In this document: in pieces, positions 27,301 to 40,500 of the stretch | Position numbering within the stretch: the first letter of the stretch is position 1 | Layout: each line of letters starts with the position of its first letter | NCBI RefSeq assembly: GCF_000150275.1 | Contig: NW_002060944.1 | Span: 5,353,096-5,417,095, forward strand | Source: Trichoplax adhaerens | Lineage: Eukaryota; Animalia; Placozoa | Length of the DNA stretch: 64,000 bases | Direction of reading: 5' to 3' | Translations under genes and position numbers: made by a program | The notes under the pieces: generated by a model | The model's input: only the letters and a program-made list of their open reading frames with translations | Database searches by the model: none | What the model was told of the DNA's origin: nothing

Positions 27301-30300
27301 TTGAACTATAGCTATTTTGTGATTGATCTTCAATTAATAGAAATGCTGATCTTGCAAGTGTGAAGGTCCTATGTGCTAAGTCGCTAACACATTTAAACAG
27401 TCCTGGTGAAAGATCACGAACACCTTTACATCAAGCCATCGTCAATAACAATATTCCTGTAGTTCATTTCTTGATCAAATTCGGAGCAAATATTAACAAA
27501 AGGTACGGCATCTAAATAGCATCGTGATTAATAATACCGGCTAATTAATTATAAATGTGAATTTCATAACTGATTTTCCGAAACGAATACTACTATAACA
27601 GTCCAGATTGAATCGGCTATCTCTCGTCTATTTCACATCTATCACATGATTCATAGTTTATACGTATATTATTTTAAATTGTAAATTCTAGGTGATTTGC
27701 AGTAAGCCAGCCATTTTCATAAGATATTGACTTCATTTTAAAGCACCGTAAATAGTACATTTTATCAATTTTCGTTATACTGTACATCATTTAATGTTGA
27801 ACATGATTGAACAGAGTTAGAATGCTTGATTAATTTGATAATTATTAAATCCTTTATAACTTTACTAGACGAGATTTATGCATGCAAATATCTTGCATGT
27901 TGTCATCATAATTAATATTTATTTCATGTTACTACTGTATATTAAAAATTGTTGGATTACATTCTGATATTAGCTAATTATAATTGCAATAGGGACGGTA
28001 GCTATCATACACCATTATATCTGGCGGCAGAAAGAGGGTTTTTCGATATTGCAAAAGCATTAATTGATGCTGGAGCCTGCATTAATGCAAAGCTAATCGA
28101 CGGTGTATGTAATATTTTATGAAGATACCATCTAGAAAACAATTATGTGAAATATTACACTGTTCATGATTCTATGACTAGCTCATTCAATGAATTATCA
28201 TTCACCTTTAAATGACAATATATTGTTATTTATCGATTAGCAAACGGCATTACATGCTGCTGCAAGAAAGGATGATGTAGAAATTACAGAGTTATTGCTC
28301 TCTAGCGGTGCAGATATAACCCGAGATTTAAATAATCGGACATGTTTAGATGTGGCCATTAAACATCAAAGTAAAAATGCTGCTCTAGTTATCGTTAAGC
28401 AAGCTAAGTAAGGATAACATGACAACCATTATTGTATTTAAGTCGAAGTTATTTCTATCAATAGGGAATGATAAGGCTAAAATCTGAGTTCTTAGCTAAA
28501 TTAATGCGTAAAGCAGTCATTTAAATCTAAATTTATGATATTTTACATCTTAGAATTGCGAATATCTTACAAAAAGTTGATAACGAAGGCAAAACTGTTT
28601 TCCAACGATTAGTTGAAGTTTTACCTGAAGTTGCGGAAGTAAGCAGAACTGCACGTGGTTATTCAATACTTTAAAGCTTTACCAAGCCCTATTTTACTTA
28701 GATTACCTATGATATCTTTTATCCAATATAGGTTGTGATGGATCGCTGTATAATTCGTCCTAAATTTAAAGAGAAATATCAACATTACACGGTAAGTTGG
28801 ATTACGCTATTCTCCATTCTTCTATAATTTTGATATCTTGCTAAAATAAGTCAAAATTAGGTGCATGCATATAGCGGATAGTTCATTATTTTGGTTTATA
28901 TCCCGCCCTACCACCCCATAATTTTAGTTCGCTTACATTTTTAATTATTTAAACAATTGCTGTCCGTATTTTTTAGATTAGTAATTCTCGAACTATTTTT
29001 AGGTCAAATATGATTTCTCATACATCGATCCAGGACCAGCTTTCGAGGAAGAACATAGCACTACAGACATAGAAACCGATAAAATTATTTCTATCAGATG
29101 CAATGCATTACAAGTATGCCACGTGTTGCTTAAGATACCTATGTACCGATGAGAATGATAGATAAGATACCTTATAAATTTGAAAGACTTAGCGATACAT
29201 AAATAAAATGGGCGATATTATACAGTTGAATGGAATGAGCATCCTTATATAAATACGTAGAAGATACGAATTCAGTAATATATTTTATATCTTGCTTATT
29301 TACGCATTATTCTGATTCATTTTATAGACTATGAAGAAGCTCAAACGAAGCAATCTTGTTAGTCATGAACTATCCCGAGCTGTTCTTGATCATAAATGGT
29401 AAAGAAAGATATTGACAATCATATTAATGCCAGTTAATCTGATCATGTTAATATACTGATTAACGGAACATTAATTAAATTTACTTACATTTATAGTCAT
29501 ATATATATGTTACACATATATTGACATATGATGCAAATTTTTGAATGCATATAAAACACGTTATTCATAAGTAACATTTTACATGAATTTGGATAGCTAA
29601 TGCAGTTGTTAATTAACATTTACTTTACTACATAAGTCATTTTATGACTCTTCTATTATAGAATGACTCAAGCTATTTATTACTATTGACAAAACTAGGA
29701 GAACCTTTGGCGCCTACTTTTTCTTTCTCAATTTGGCCATTTATTTGACCTATCTATTTCTTCTGACTTACTTTGCCATTCAATTGAAGGCAGCTCCTAG
29801 AGCGAATAATTATAGTTCAGCCTTTGCTGCACCTACCATATCAACTCGGTCCAGACTACTAGTAACAACTATGACGAGTCTATTGAAAACTAGTAATCCG
29901 GCAATAAATACATCTCAAATTACAACAACGATTGAGCCACTAGATAAGGTAGAATTGCTAGATTCGTTCTCTGATACTAACAAAAATATGCGGACGACCT
30001 TAACTCTATTTAAAGAATGCTAACTAACTTCTTTATTTAGCGTATCAATAAATGTAAGTAGTTCTTCTATCTACCAACTATGCATTCCTAAATGATGAGA
30101 TAGGAATAGTACGATACGTATAGAGAACCCATAAATGTATACATGGAATGTACAGTAAAATATAACCATCGTCATTACCAATCATAACAAGAATTATTTC
30201 CTATTATTCTTTACTGAATTTACACTTCAAGGTGATAGCTTTAATGTCGATCTATAATTTAACGGAAATATTTTATGACGTTAATAATTATAAGTTTTAT

Positions 30301-32757
30301 TCTATGATGGCAGCATAATCAGATAGACTTGCTTTTTCTAAATCTTTTGTAGTTAAAATTAATCTTGCTTCGTTGATTTCATTTCAATTTCTTCTGCACA
30401 AGATCTTGTCTGGTTATTGATGAAGTATCTGTTTATATCATTGCACATATAGGTCTCTTCCACTTTCCACATCGTTCTACAAGTTGTAGTTCTAATCTTT
30501 GTAGTAATCAATCTCGTTAAGGAAGTATATCAAATATTTCATTCGGTAAGTTTAGTATTATATTTACTTCGACTGTAGGATTTTAGCAAAATTAGATATT
30601 TCATCCAACTTGGCTATTAATATTGCTAACGAAAACATAACAAAGGCTTGGCGTAATGACTATTTAGTACAAGTTTTATGCTACGACACTTAATTTTGCC
30701 AGTGATTTGCTTGACTAGTACATTTCAATTTGTTTTGAGCGATTGCGGCTGTATTGTAACGAAAGGTTTGAATAACTTTAAGAAATTATTGATATATTAT
30801 TCTATCCATCGCTTGATTGATGATTAAATTCAGGCTTTCTTTAAAAACTGTATTTAAAAATATATGCTAACTAAAGCATTAAACAGCACGAGAAAATGGT
30901 CTAGAATAGTGAGAGAAAATTTTATAATCTAATGCGAGTATCTTTATTTCGCCGTATCATATAGGGTTATATTTATTTTACCAGCTTTAGCAACTATATG
31001 GAGATTATCATGTATTGCTTGGTTATATTAATGTTAATCCCACCCAATATGACACCAAACGATTGGCAATGGAAGATAGGTTCAGTAGCATTGTTTCTAG
31101 CTTGGATTAACTTGTTACTATTCATGGAAAGGTAGATTAAGGCATCGTCTAAATTTGAGTTAATCAAAAAATATATTCTTTAGAGTCGGTGATAAAAATG
31201 TTCTATAGATACTGATTTTCTACCTTAAATATCATTCTTATTTAAAGGATCTCTTTCTTGGGCCTTTACGTGATCATGCTGAGGAACGTCTTAGTGACAT
31301 TTTTGAAAGTAAGATTTCCTCATTTCTTATTAATATAAATTAAGGTCATAATTAAATAACTAGTCTCTCATCAAATGTATACTTCATTGATTTTTGATAT
31401 TAAAATGGTAATTTTGAACTAATACATAATTTCAATCTCCTTTCGATTAGATTATTACCGTTGTTGTAATTTTTATCGTTGCCTTTTCTTTCGTATTTAT
31501 CATTTTGGCTAAAACGGAGGTAAATCATTAATTATCAAACTTTAGCATATACTACGAATGAACCAATTCTAATCATATTTATATTACTTTATTGAATCGT
31601 AAAGTTAACGACTTCAACTGCAAATAATTATATAAATTACTGAAGAGAGCTACATATTAGTAGTGTATTTATTAGAACTTTGAATTTTATATAGGATGTT
31701 TTCAGCACTTTTCCACTAACTATGGTCAAAGTCTTGGTTATGATGGTTGGAGAATTAGATTATAATGATACGATCGTGAAAGCTATTTCCAGTGGCCGGA
31801 TTAGCTATCCCAATAATATCTTGCTACTGCTTATGTTTGTCATATTTATATTCCTAATGCCGATTCTGCTCATGAATTTGATGGTAATGCATATCAATGC
31901 ACTCAATTGTGATTAATACTTGATGTATTGATAAATGTTACTGTTCATGTGCAAGCTATGGTAATCTACGAAATGAATTTTATATAGATTGGTTTGGCTA
32001 TTGGAGATATCGATAAAATTCAAAAGAATGCTATTTTGGGACGTTTAGCAATACAGATTGATTTCTTAGATGATCTGGAAAGATCGCTACCTACCTGGCT
32101 TAGAAAGAAACTTTACTCAAGTTCTGTTGTACGAAGACCTCATACATTTGGATATAAGGTAGCTTCAGTAGCACGGCTTATAAATGCGAAGCGAATAACT
32201 AGGAAGTAATCTAAATTCTGTAATTTTAGTGTATTTAAGTAGAAAATGAAAACATGGTCTATGACTTGTCATTAAAATTATTGAGTAATCCTCTAGAGTA
32301 AAAATTTATTGGAGTAACATCATAACTATCTTTGAGAGCAGTTCAAGCGTGAGTTAAATTACATTTCTTTCTTTTCAGCTCTATTCAGTATTCTATGGCG
32401 ATATAGCCCAACATGAAGACGATGATAATGAATTATGGGTGGAGGAATTTGAGAAACTTCATCGCGAAAGCGATTGGCAGAGAAAACAGTTCGTTCACTA
32501 AATTTGTAACAACACTAGAACTGCTACTTGCCTCAGTATGTATAATAAGTATCTTTATAAACACTTAATCTAATATAACATACATTTTTCTTAGGATTAG
32601 AGCGCTATTTCATGAAATTGAAAAGATAACTATTGCATTAACGGATATCCAAAATAGCAATAGAAATGATCAGATTTTGCCAGTTGCACAAGACCCTGCA
32701 TCACTGGATAGCCATTTGGCAAGAGAAGATAATCTAGATAATACCTCACAATTTTAA
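21359..32757 (+). CDS. TRPA1: TRPA1-like ankyrin-repeat cation channel, copy C (~1115 aa, 26 coding exons)
   Basis: Exons: 21359-21424 (putative first exon MMKYRKKFSVASKLSSSHSVFN, least certain), 23720-23885, 24435-24610, 24719-24826, 25036-25242, 25689-25736, 25984-26157, 26301-26495, 26816-26899, 27005-27087, 27341-27502, 27993-28104, 28241-28407, 28554-28638, 28732-28791, 29003-29113, 29328-29398, 29699-29948, 30453-30545, 30965-31131, 31248-31308, 31451-31519, 31695-31883, 31988-32158, 32379-32488, 32595-32757; total 3348 nt. Pore MMVGELDY; ends NTSQF*. Closest to copy A. Confidence 0.92.
21700..22475. repeat. Degenerate ~140 bp intronic tandem repeat
   Basis: A motif like AAGGTTACGATTGxAATCAGTAGTTTATTAACTCAG recurs at ~21700, ~22071, ~22213 and ~22351 in intron 1 of copy C. 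Confidence 0.75.
26455..26749 (+). repeat. ~147 bp tandem duplication spanning the exon 8 donor of copy C
   Basis: GTCGCGGAGGACATGATATT...AAATTACGTTAGTTAAATTATT (26455-26601) is repeated as GTCGTGGAGGACATGATATA...AAATTACGTTAATTAAATTATT (26602-26749). Confidence 0.85.
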
Positions 32758-34505
32758 ATCAATTACAGACCATAACAAACAAGGGATGCTATTACCGCAT
32801 AACTTTGCGTCTAAATTAGTAGGTTGATTCGAAAAATTTATTCTTATTCAAGTACACGATAAATATAGTTTAAAGTAGAAATTGCATTCATCTCTCATCT
32901 CTAACACTTCGTCTGCTAAAACTAACTTGAAAGTAGGATAATAACTTATTAGGACGGTAATGAATATTGGTACGCTTCGTAAATATAAACTTAATTAATA
33001 TTGGTTCTAATGTTGAATCTACTAAATAATTAGATATCAAACTAGTAGCAAAGATCAGATATCTATTTTAAATAAATCCTGTTCTACAAACATTATTTTT
33101 AACAAATGTATGTGGCCTATATTGCTCATAATGTATAATGAGAAAAATTAGCTAGTTATGATTATGTATTGGTATTTAGCTTTATATTCTATCTCACAGA
33201 TTACTTGTAACATTAACAATGCCTTTACTTCACATTACATATTTCAAAGAAGTAGAGACGATATTTCCATACTCATATATTAATTTAGTTAAAATGAGTT
33301 ACAAACAGCGGTACATTGGCATACCTGTGCATGTTTTATATCATACAAAATTGATAAAAGCGACCAATGTATTAACGGTCCATCATGCTAGGGCAAATGC
33401 TTACTTTCCTCTACCTCTAATCCAGTAATAAATGAACATAGTTATCGATAGAATATTTGAGTTAGCCTGATAGCTAATTGGCACGAAAAAGAAAGCATCT
33501 ACAATTCATCAATTTTTTAATTATTATGCAACAGCGATTAAGTAGCTATAGCCCTGCAATTCTGTATTTACAAGCGATATTTTTACAATTATTGTACATA
33601 TCTATTATATGAAGGCTTATAATCAATACTAGGAATAAGTTACATATGCTCTAGTGCGTCCCAAGCATATCGATGGAGTATTGCGTACGGTAGTTATACT
33701 GCATTTATGCAGGATATCATGATATAAATATTTTTGATAGAAAAATTATAAAGTTAAGATTTGCCCCTGATTGATAATGAAAATCGTTTGATTATTAGCA
33801 GATATTGTAAACATTTAGACTACCAATCCTTTATAACGTTTAATGAGCTTGCTCATGTTGATTGGATATATAAGACCTCCATCATTTTTAGTAATTACAT
33901 TAAATGAAGTTTCTGCAAGTTAAACTAATACACTCAATACCATAATAATTCTTGCATTCAGATTACGTAGGATGGATGAAAAACTGTAGATAAAGGTATA
34001 TTGCCGATTTACCACATCTTTCAATAAAAATACCTTACTTACATAGTCGATCCTTGCTACTCTATGATTCTACCTGTCTATTTCTAAAATGGAAGAATGC
34101 TATAAAGCATCAGCTTACTAGAAATTAGATATAACGATACTTAATAGACAGAGTCAAATTATCTGCATCATTACAATTAACAATCTGTTGATCATATTGT
34201 GACATGGAAATAATTCATTTATCTCTGTTGTTGCTATGGCTTAGGACAACAGATTGATTTATAATTGAATAGGGCTTTATTTTATCAGTATCATCCAAAT
34301 AAAGCACGGGTTATATCAAGTGACCTTTTACGTCAGTCTGCAACCTTATGCATTATTTAGCAAAGTAAATTTGGATAATATTTTGGTGCAGTAAGAATGT
34401 AATATGACTATAGTTTACAATTTTAATTGGAATGCCATTAGAAGATCTTGTCGATGTCTGAAATTAATCCATTCTTGAATCAGTCAAATCAACAGTAACA
34501 GTAAA

Positions 34506-37500
34506 ATGCCAAGAAAGCCTACAATTACTAGAAATGGGAGTATCTTTGATGCAGCAAAGGTGAATCCTGCTCATGACATAATTCAGGTAGGAAATCAATC
34601 ATTTTTATGAGTAGTTAATGCAATCGTTTCGTATTAACATCATCACAATTCGCGATTGATCTTGATACGTATAATCTAATCCTAGTGATAGCTATGTGTC
34701 TAATTAAATATCTTTGCTTAAATCTTTTTAGAATAAAGTTAGTAATATTTTCTCTATTATTCCTGTAATTAAATTAATGTTCGCATACGAGATTTTATTG
34801 AGTAGTATTTTTAGCAGATTAAGCGCTACAGAACTGTCATAGTAATACACCTGATTACAGTTATCTTTTATTACACTATGAATCTACCAGGTGAAATTTT
34901 CCTATTTCAAATTGACTATAGTGCGCTATCTCCATATTATTAGTTTTACTTTTACTATGTAACGCTAATTTTAATTAGTAATGGTGTTGATCACGTTGGA
35001 TATTTACCATATTATACATTGAAAAGTAGCTATAATTTATTTAATAATTGTGTGTTGCTTAGCCAATTCATCAAAAGTGGCTATTGTTCACATTTACGAT
35101 GACATTTATCTGGAAAACAAAAATTAACCAATTGTATTAATCGAACTATATTTTTCTGCCTACTAGGCATCGAAAAATAGCGATATGCTGCTTTTACAGC
35201 ACTATTTACCCCGCAGAGGTACAAATATCAGTAATAACTCTATTGACCGCAATCATTTATCATCGTTACACTATGCTGCAAGAAACGATGACGTGGAAAG
35301 GATTGAAGCAATCATTTCTCATAGTTCAAGCGGTATGTCCAATTGGATACAGACTACTAAGACTTTGTTAACAGTTTTAGCATCAGTGTTCTTCTGCGTA
35401 ATGATTTTACTGATTTCAATTTCACAACTTGTGCATTACCGTATAGTATAAATTACAAAAGATGCTAAACATTTTAATGCAATTAAACTTAGAAACACCA
35501 AGTTGTAGTCCAACTATTGCATATTGTTATGTTTTTAGTAATGAGTTCACTCCGTGAGTAAGATTTGTAACTAATATTTATTATTGATGATCGGTATTTA
35601 TAGCTACATCAGGTTACATATCAATACGATTACAATTTATACTTCCTACTACAATTAGTAAATTATCAGTCCGTCTTTTACAATGTTATCCCTTACAGTA
35701 TTAATTGACCGTATCATCATGCGCCGATCAATTTATTAGACTTTTGGACGTCTTCGTATCAATATTAACGTGACTTAACGTCACTTTTCTACAATGATGT
35801 TTTACTGATTCATAATAATTTGATGAATTGTATTAGATGTAAATATCAAAGGGCTCGATAACATGACTCCATTACATTTAGCAGCTACATCTAATAAAGT
35901 TGCTGCTTTAAGGACGTTACAAATGTATAATGCAGATTCTTGTGCCCAAAATTCTGAAGGTAATATACCACTACATTGTGCAGCAAAAGCAGGAAGTTTA
36001 GATGGTTGCAGGGTTAGTAACTCCTTTTACTGACACCCTCACGTAAATTTATTTTTTTCTTGCCTAAAAAGGTGTAAATTTAACGGAAAAGTCTAAGTTT
36101 CTTATCGTTTACTCTTAAATTCATACCCAATTACTTTGTAAATAAGAGTAACAGTTTTGCTGACAGCATTTAAATATTAGATTTAGCAAGTACGTATCTC
36201 GAACATGTTAGATAGATTTATATGTACGGAAGTAGAAAGATAAAGGAAACAAACATAAATAATAAATTAAACTTTATTTAATGACAGCCTTTCATTTAAT
36301 CACGCCTCTAAATGATAGTATTTGCTAAATACTTTTATATCGATTTTACTAGTAGTATCGCATCGCATGTAAGATCAATCTCATCTAGGCATTCTAACTA
36401 TTCTAAGATTTCGATTTTATTGATTGATACATAAAAGGTCTAAGAAAATAGAAATATCGGAGCTCATTGTGTCGTAATGGATAGTAGCTAGCTAAGATTC
36501 CTTTTTAGTTAGTTAGTCGGTTGAATGGTCAACTAGTTTTTCAATTGATATTTAATTGTAAAGACTATAATCTTGGGTGCCAAGATTCCTTCAGTAATAA
36601 ATGATAGTAAATCTCTAACTATCTCGTCTACATCATCTGTGACGCTATAATTATACCATAGTATTCGGTCGTTAGAACTGAATTATTTGGTGATATAGCT
36701 AATCTTGCCTCTTTAAGTTAGTAAGTGGTGTTCTCCGCAAGGATTGGCGTGTGTAGACTACTTTGTCACTAGTGGTGTGTGACACCACCTAAGTTAATAA
36801 CAGATCTAGATCGTAATAACTGTTCAGTGCCCTCACTTTAAGTTATTGTTTCTTACAGATATTGCAATTAGTCTATTTATCTTAGACTAATAACATCACT
36901 TATGAATTTCTATTACAGGAATTACTTAGCAAACAGCCATTTACGATAGATTGCATAAATAGAAACGAAGCAACGCCATTACATATGGCTTGTATCGGCG
37001 GTCATGCATCGGTTTGCCTAGAATTAGTAAGCTAAAAGTACCTTTGAAATTATAGAAAGAGGTCTCACTTAGTTGTATTTTGTTTTAGCATAAAATGGTA
37101 ACTAACCAATAGGAGTTTTACAGATTAATCGTGGGGCTGATATTATGGCTAAAACTGCTGATGGTAGTTTACCAATTCACATAGTAGCTAAGCAAGGTAA
37201 TGTAAAAATTATGGAGCTATTACTTTCAGCTTACACAGCGAAATATTCTCGCCGAGAAGATTACATCATGGAATGCAATTATGATGGTGCTTCAGTTTTA
37301 CATCGAGCCGTACAAGGGCGTCAAGAAATGGTATAATCAATATTTCATTCTTTGCGACTTGCTTATATGTTATTATAGCAACATTAGCGAATTACTTCAC
37401 TATTCATTTTTTCGTGGTCTTAAGTCTTTTCATTTCGATTAGATATAAGTTTATGCAATATTCTGAGTATTGTTTATTTATTCTTGCCATAACTGTTATA

Positions 37501-40500
37501 TTATAACAAAAAGTGATAAAATGGATTTGCTGACTCATAACTTATCATCTATAAATCTTAAACATACTCGATTAAATACGAGAATGGCAGCATCTACTAC
37601 ATTCCAGATAGAATACAGTGCATGTTCCTACTTTTTCCAGCCGATTCTATACATAAGTACATTCTATCATACAGTTAAATCAATTGCGATACTGTCAAAT
37701 TATAAAATCCCTGTACTCCATCATATCGATAAAATCTTATATTTAAAACAGCTAATAGCTTTCCTACGTAAATAATTTTAGGCTATTCAGTTTTGCTTAG
37801 ACAATGGTGCAGATACTTCTGTTCGTGATGTAAGTTCAAGAAATCTGTAGTTGCTATCGGACTCATTTTGTTATCCTAATGATAGACTTATTTGCAAAAA
37901 ATAGCAAATTAACGCATATCTGATAATTGCCTACTAAAATATTTAGATATAGATTCTTTGGATTAATTAGGGACTTCTTTTCTTCCATATCATTAATTAG
38001 AAGCGTGGATTTACTCCTTTACACTATGCCGCAATCAGTAATCACAGCTCATTAATGCAACTACTAATACAAACAAAACCTGCAATCGATGCACGCGATG
38101 ATGATCACCGAACCCCATTACACCAAGCAGCAATATTTAGTTTTATCGACATTATGGAAATATTAATCAAGGCGGTAGGTATTTAAAATCAAGCAGAATC
38201 CTTGGCATATTAATTGCGCTATTTGGTATAGTATTGGGCTTCGTATATTCTCTTTGTGTATGTGAGCCAAAAAACTTCTGGATTCCTTTATTTTTATAAT
38301 ATAGTAAAATAGATTTCTATTTGATCACAAGTGACCGCGTAAATGATTTCTCCTAATGAAGTAGCGTGGAATTAGATTCTAGCTTAATTTCAGACCATTA
38401 TCTTCTTATATGTATTGAATTGATGTACTTTAAACTGTTTATGGCAACTAATGCTAAAAAATTTTGTAAACAGTCATTTAATGATATCCTAATTCAGTAG
38501 TTTGCTCTTATTTTGATAGGGAGCTAGTATCGATGCTAGTGACAAAGAACAAAATACACCATTGCTCCTAGCTGCTTATAGAAATAAGATTGAAGCAGTA
38601 CAATATCTAATCGACCTCCATTGCAATATTCACGCTAATGATATTAAAGGAAGAAATTGTCTGCACTTAGCTATTGCCGGAAGCAACGATGAATTGGAGT
38701 TACTAAATTATTTATTATCAGTAAATCGATATCTAGTTATCCTAATGTTCTCGATGCTGCCTAAGCAATTCTAATTACAGCATATGTAAACATTTGGGGA
38801 AAGATGTCTACTATTAAAGAAAATAGTCATGGTGTAATCTATCATCTCTATTTTAGATTTATAAAGTACCATATCTTGAATCCACTGATAACTACGGGAA
38901 AACTCCGTTACATTATGCTTGCCAAGATGGAAAATACAAGGTATGTTCATTTCAGAAATTTTCTAGTGTATCAATTTTTAAATTTTATTCTAAGTGAGCC
39001 GTTAAAAATTCGCTTAATGATGGCTATGGCTAACCATTTATTATGACAGATTGTTAATTTACTATTAAAGTATGAAATAAATGTTTACCTGGTCGATCAA
39101 GATGGCAATAACTGCTTCCATTTAGCATGCAAGTAAGTTTATTATAAGTAATAAGTAGCTGTTAATGCTATGATAATTGTGTTACGTATCTTAAGATTTA
39201 ATGTAACCATTAAAATAATATAGGAATAGTTATCCTGATATTGCAGAGCTGCTATTAAACCATTCAGCTGGTCTATTGAATAGTGAAAATGCAGATAACT
39301 GCAATGGCTTGCATATCTCCGTGATTAAAGGATGTCCTAGTACCGTTAGATTGCTACTTCAACATGGGGCTGAAATTGATCGAAGGTTAAACCAAGAAAA
39401 TTTAGCTTAGCAACTTTGTGCTTACTATTCGTAATTTTAATCTTATCGATTATTTTTGTGATAGAAATGCTAGCTATAGCACGCCACTAGATACAGCTTG
39501 TATGAATGGTTCTCACCAGATTGTTCAATTATTAATTGATCATGGTGCAGCTCTCAATACATTAAATCGATCTGGGGTACAAATTGTTTAAACAACAATA
39601 ATTACAGGGCGATCGATAATCCAGTTCTGCATTCTACAACTGTATATTGCTAAACTGATAATTTACAAACATAAATTTTCTCGTATTCCCGGATATTTCT
39701 TTTAGGAATCAGCATTGCACATTGCAGCAAGACATGGCAAAGCAGATATTGTTAAACTTTTATTAAATTGTGGAGCGGACTGCACAATTGAAAATAACCG
39801 TCAAAAAAATAGTCTAGAGATTGCAATCCAGCACGATCAACAAGGTGTAGCCATTGAAATCGCCACCAAGCCCAAGTAAGAAATTATAGAAATAAACGTA
39901 GGAATTGATTTTGCCGAAGATTTGAACACATCATCATCTCTTCTATATAAGCAAATAAATTTAGTATCAAATTCTAGTAACTAAAATTAAATAGGAGCAA
40001 TTTTTTCAGCACCAGAATTGATTTTGCTAAAGATATAAGTGTATAAGCAGCTTATGCTAATGTAGCTATTTGATTTATTAATAAATTTCAGTACATATAT
40101 TTAAAAATAAGTAATCCATCTGGTGTAGTTATAGATGGTACTTAAGCATCTACGTAGACCATCAACTCATCCAAGATAACTGTATAAATAAAAGTGCCAT
40201 CGAACTTCAGCATGTATAATCAATATTGAACTGGTTTAGTTTTAGGAATGACTTTGCTAACAATTCCGAGAGAATAACAAGTTCACATATCTGCAGTGTT
40301 TGACTTTGCTATCTAATATAAAGGAAACAAGTATTGCATATTCATTTAATGGTCAGAATTAATTTCTCTACCATACTTCACAAATAAGCAAACCAGTTAA
40401 ATTTTAGCCGTATACTGATTTTATTCCATCACCTGCCATTTCTAACTAATGGAAACGCAAGGTATATTTGAACTTTGCTACTGTAAGTGACCTACTGCCT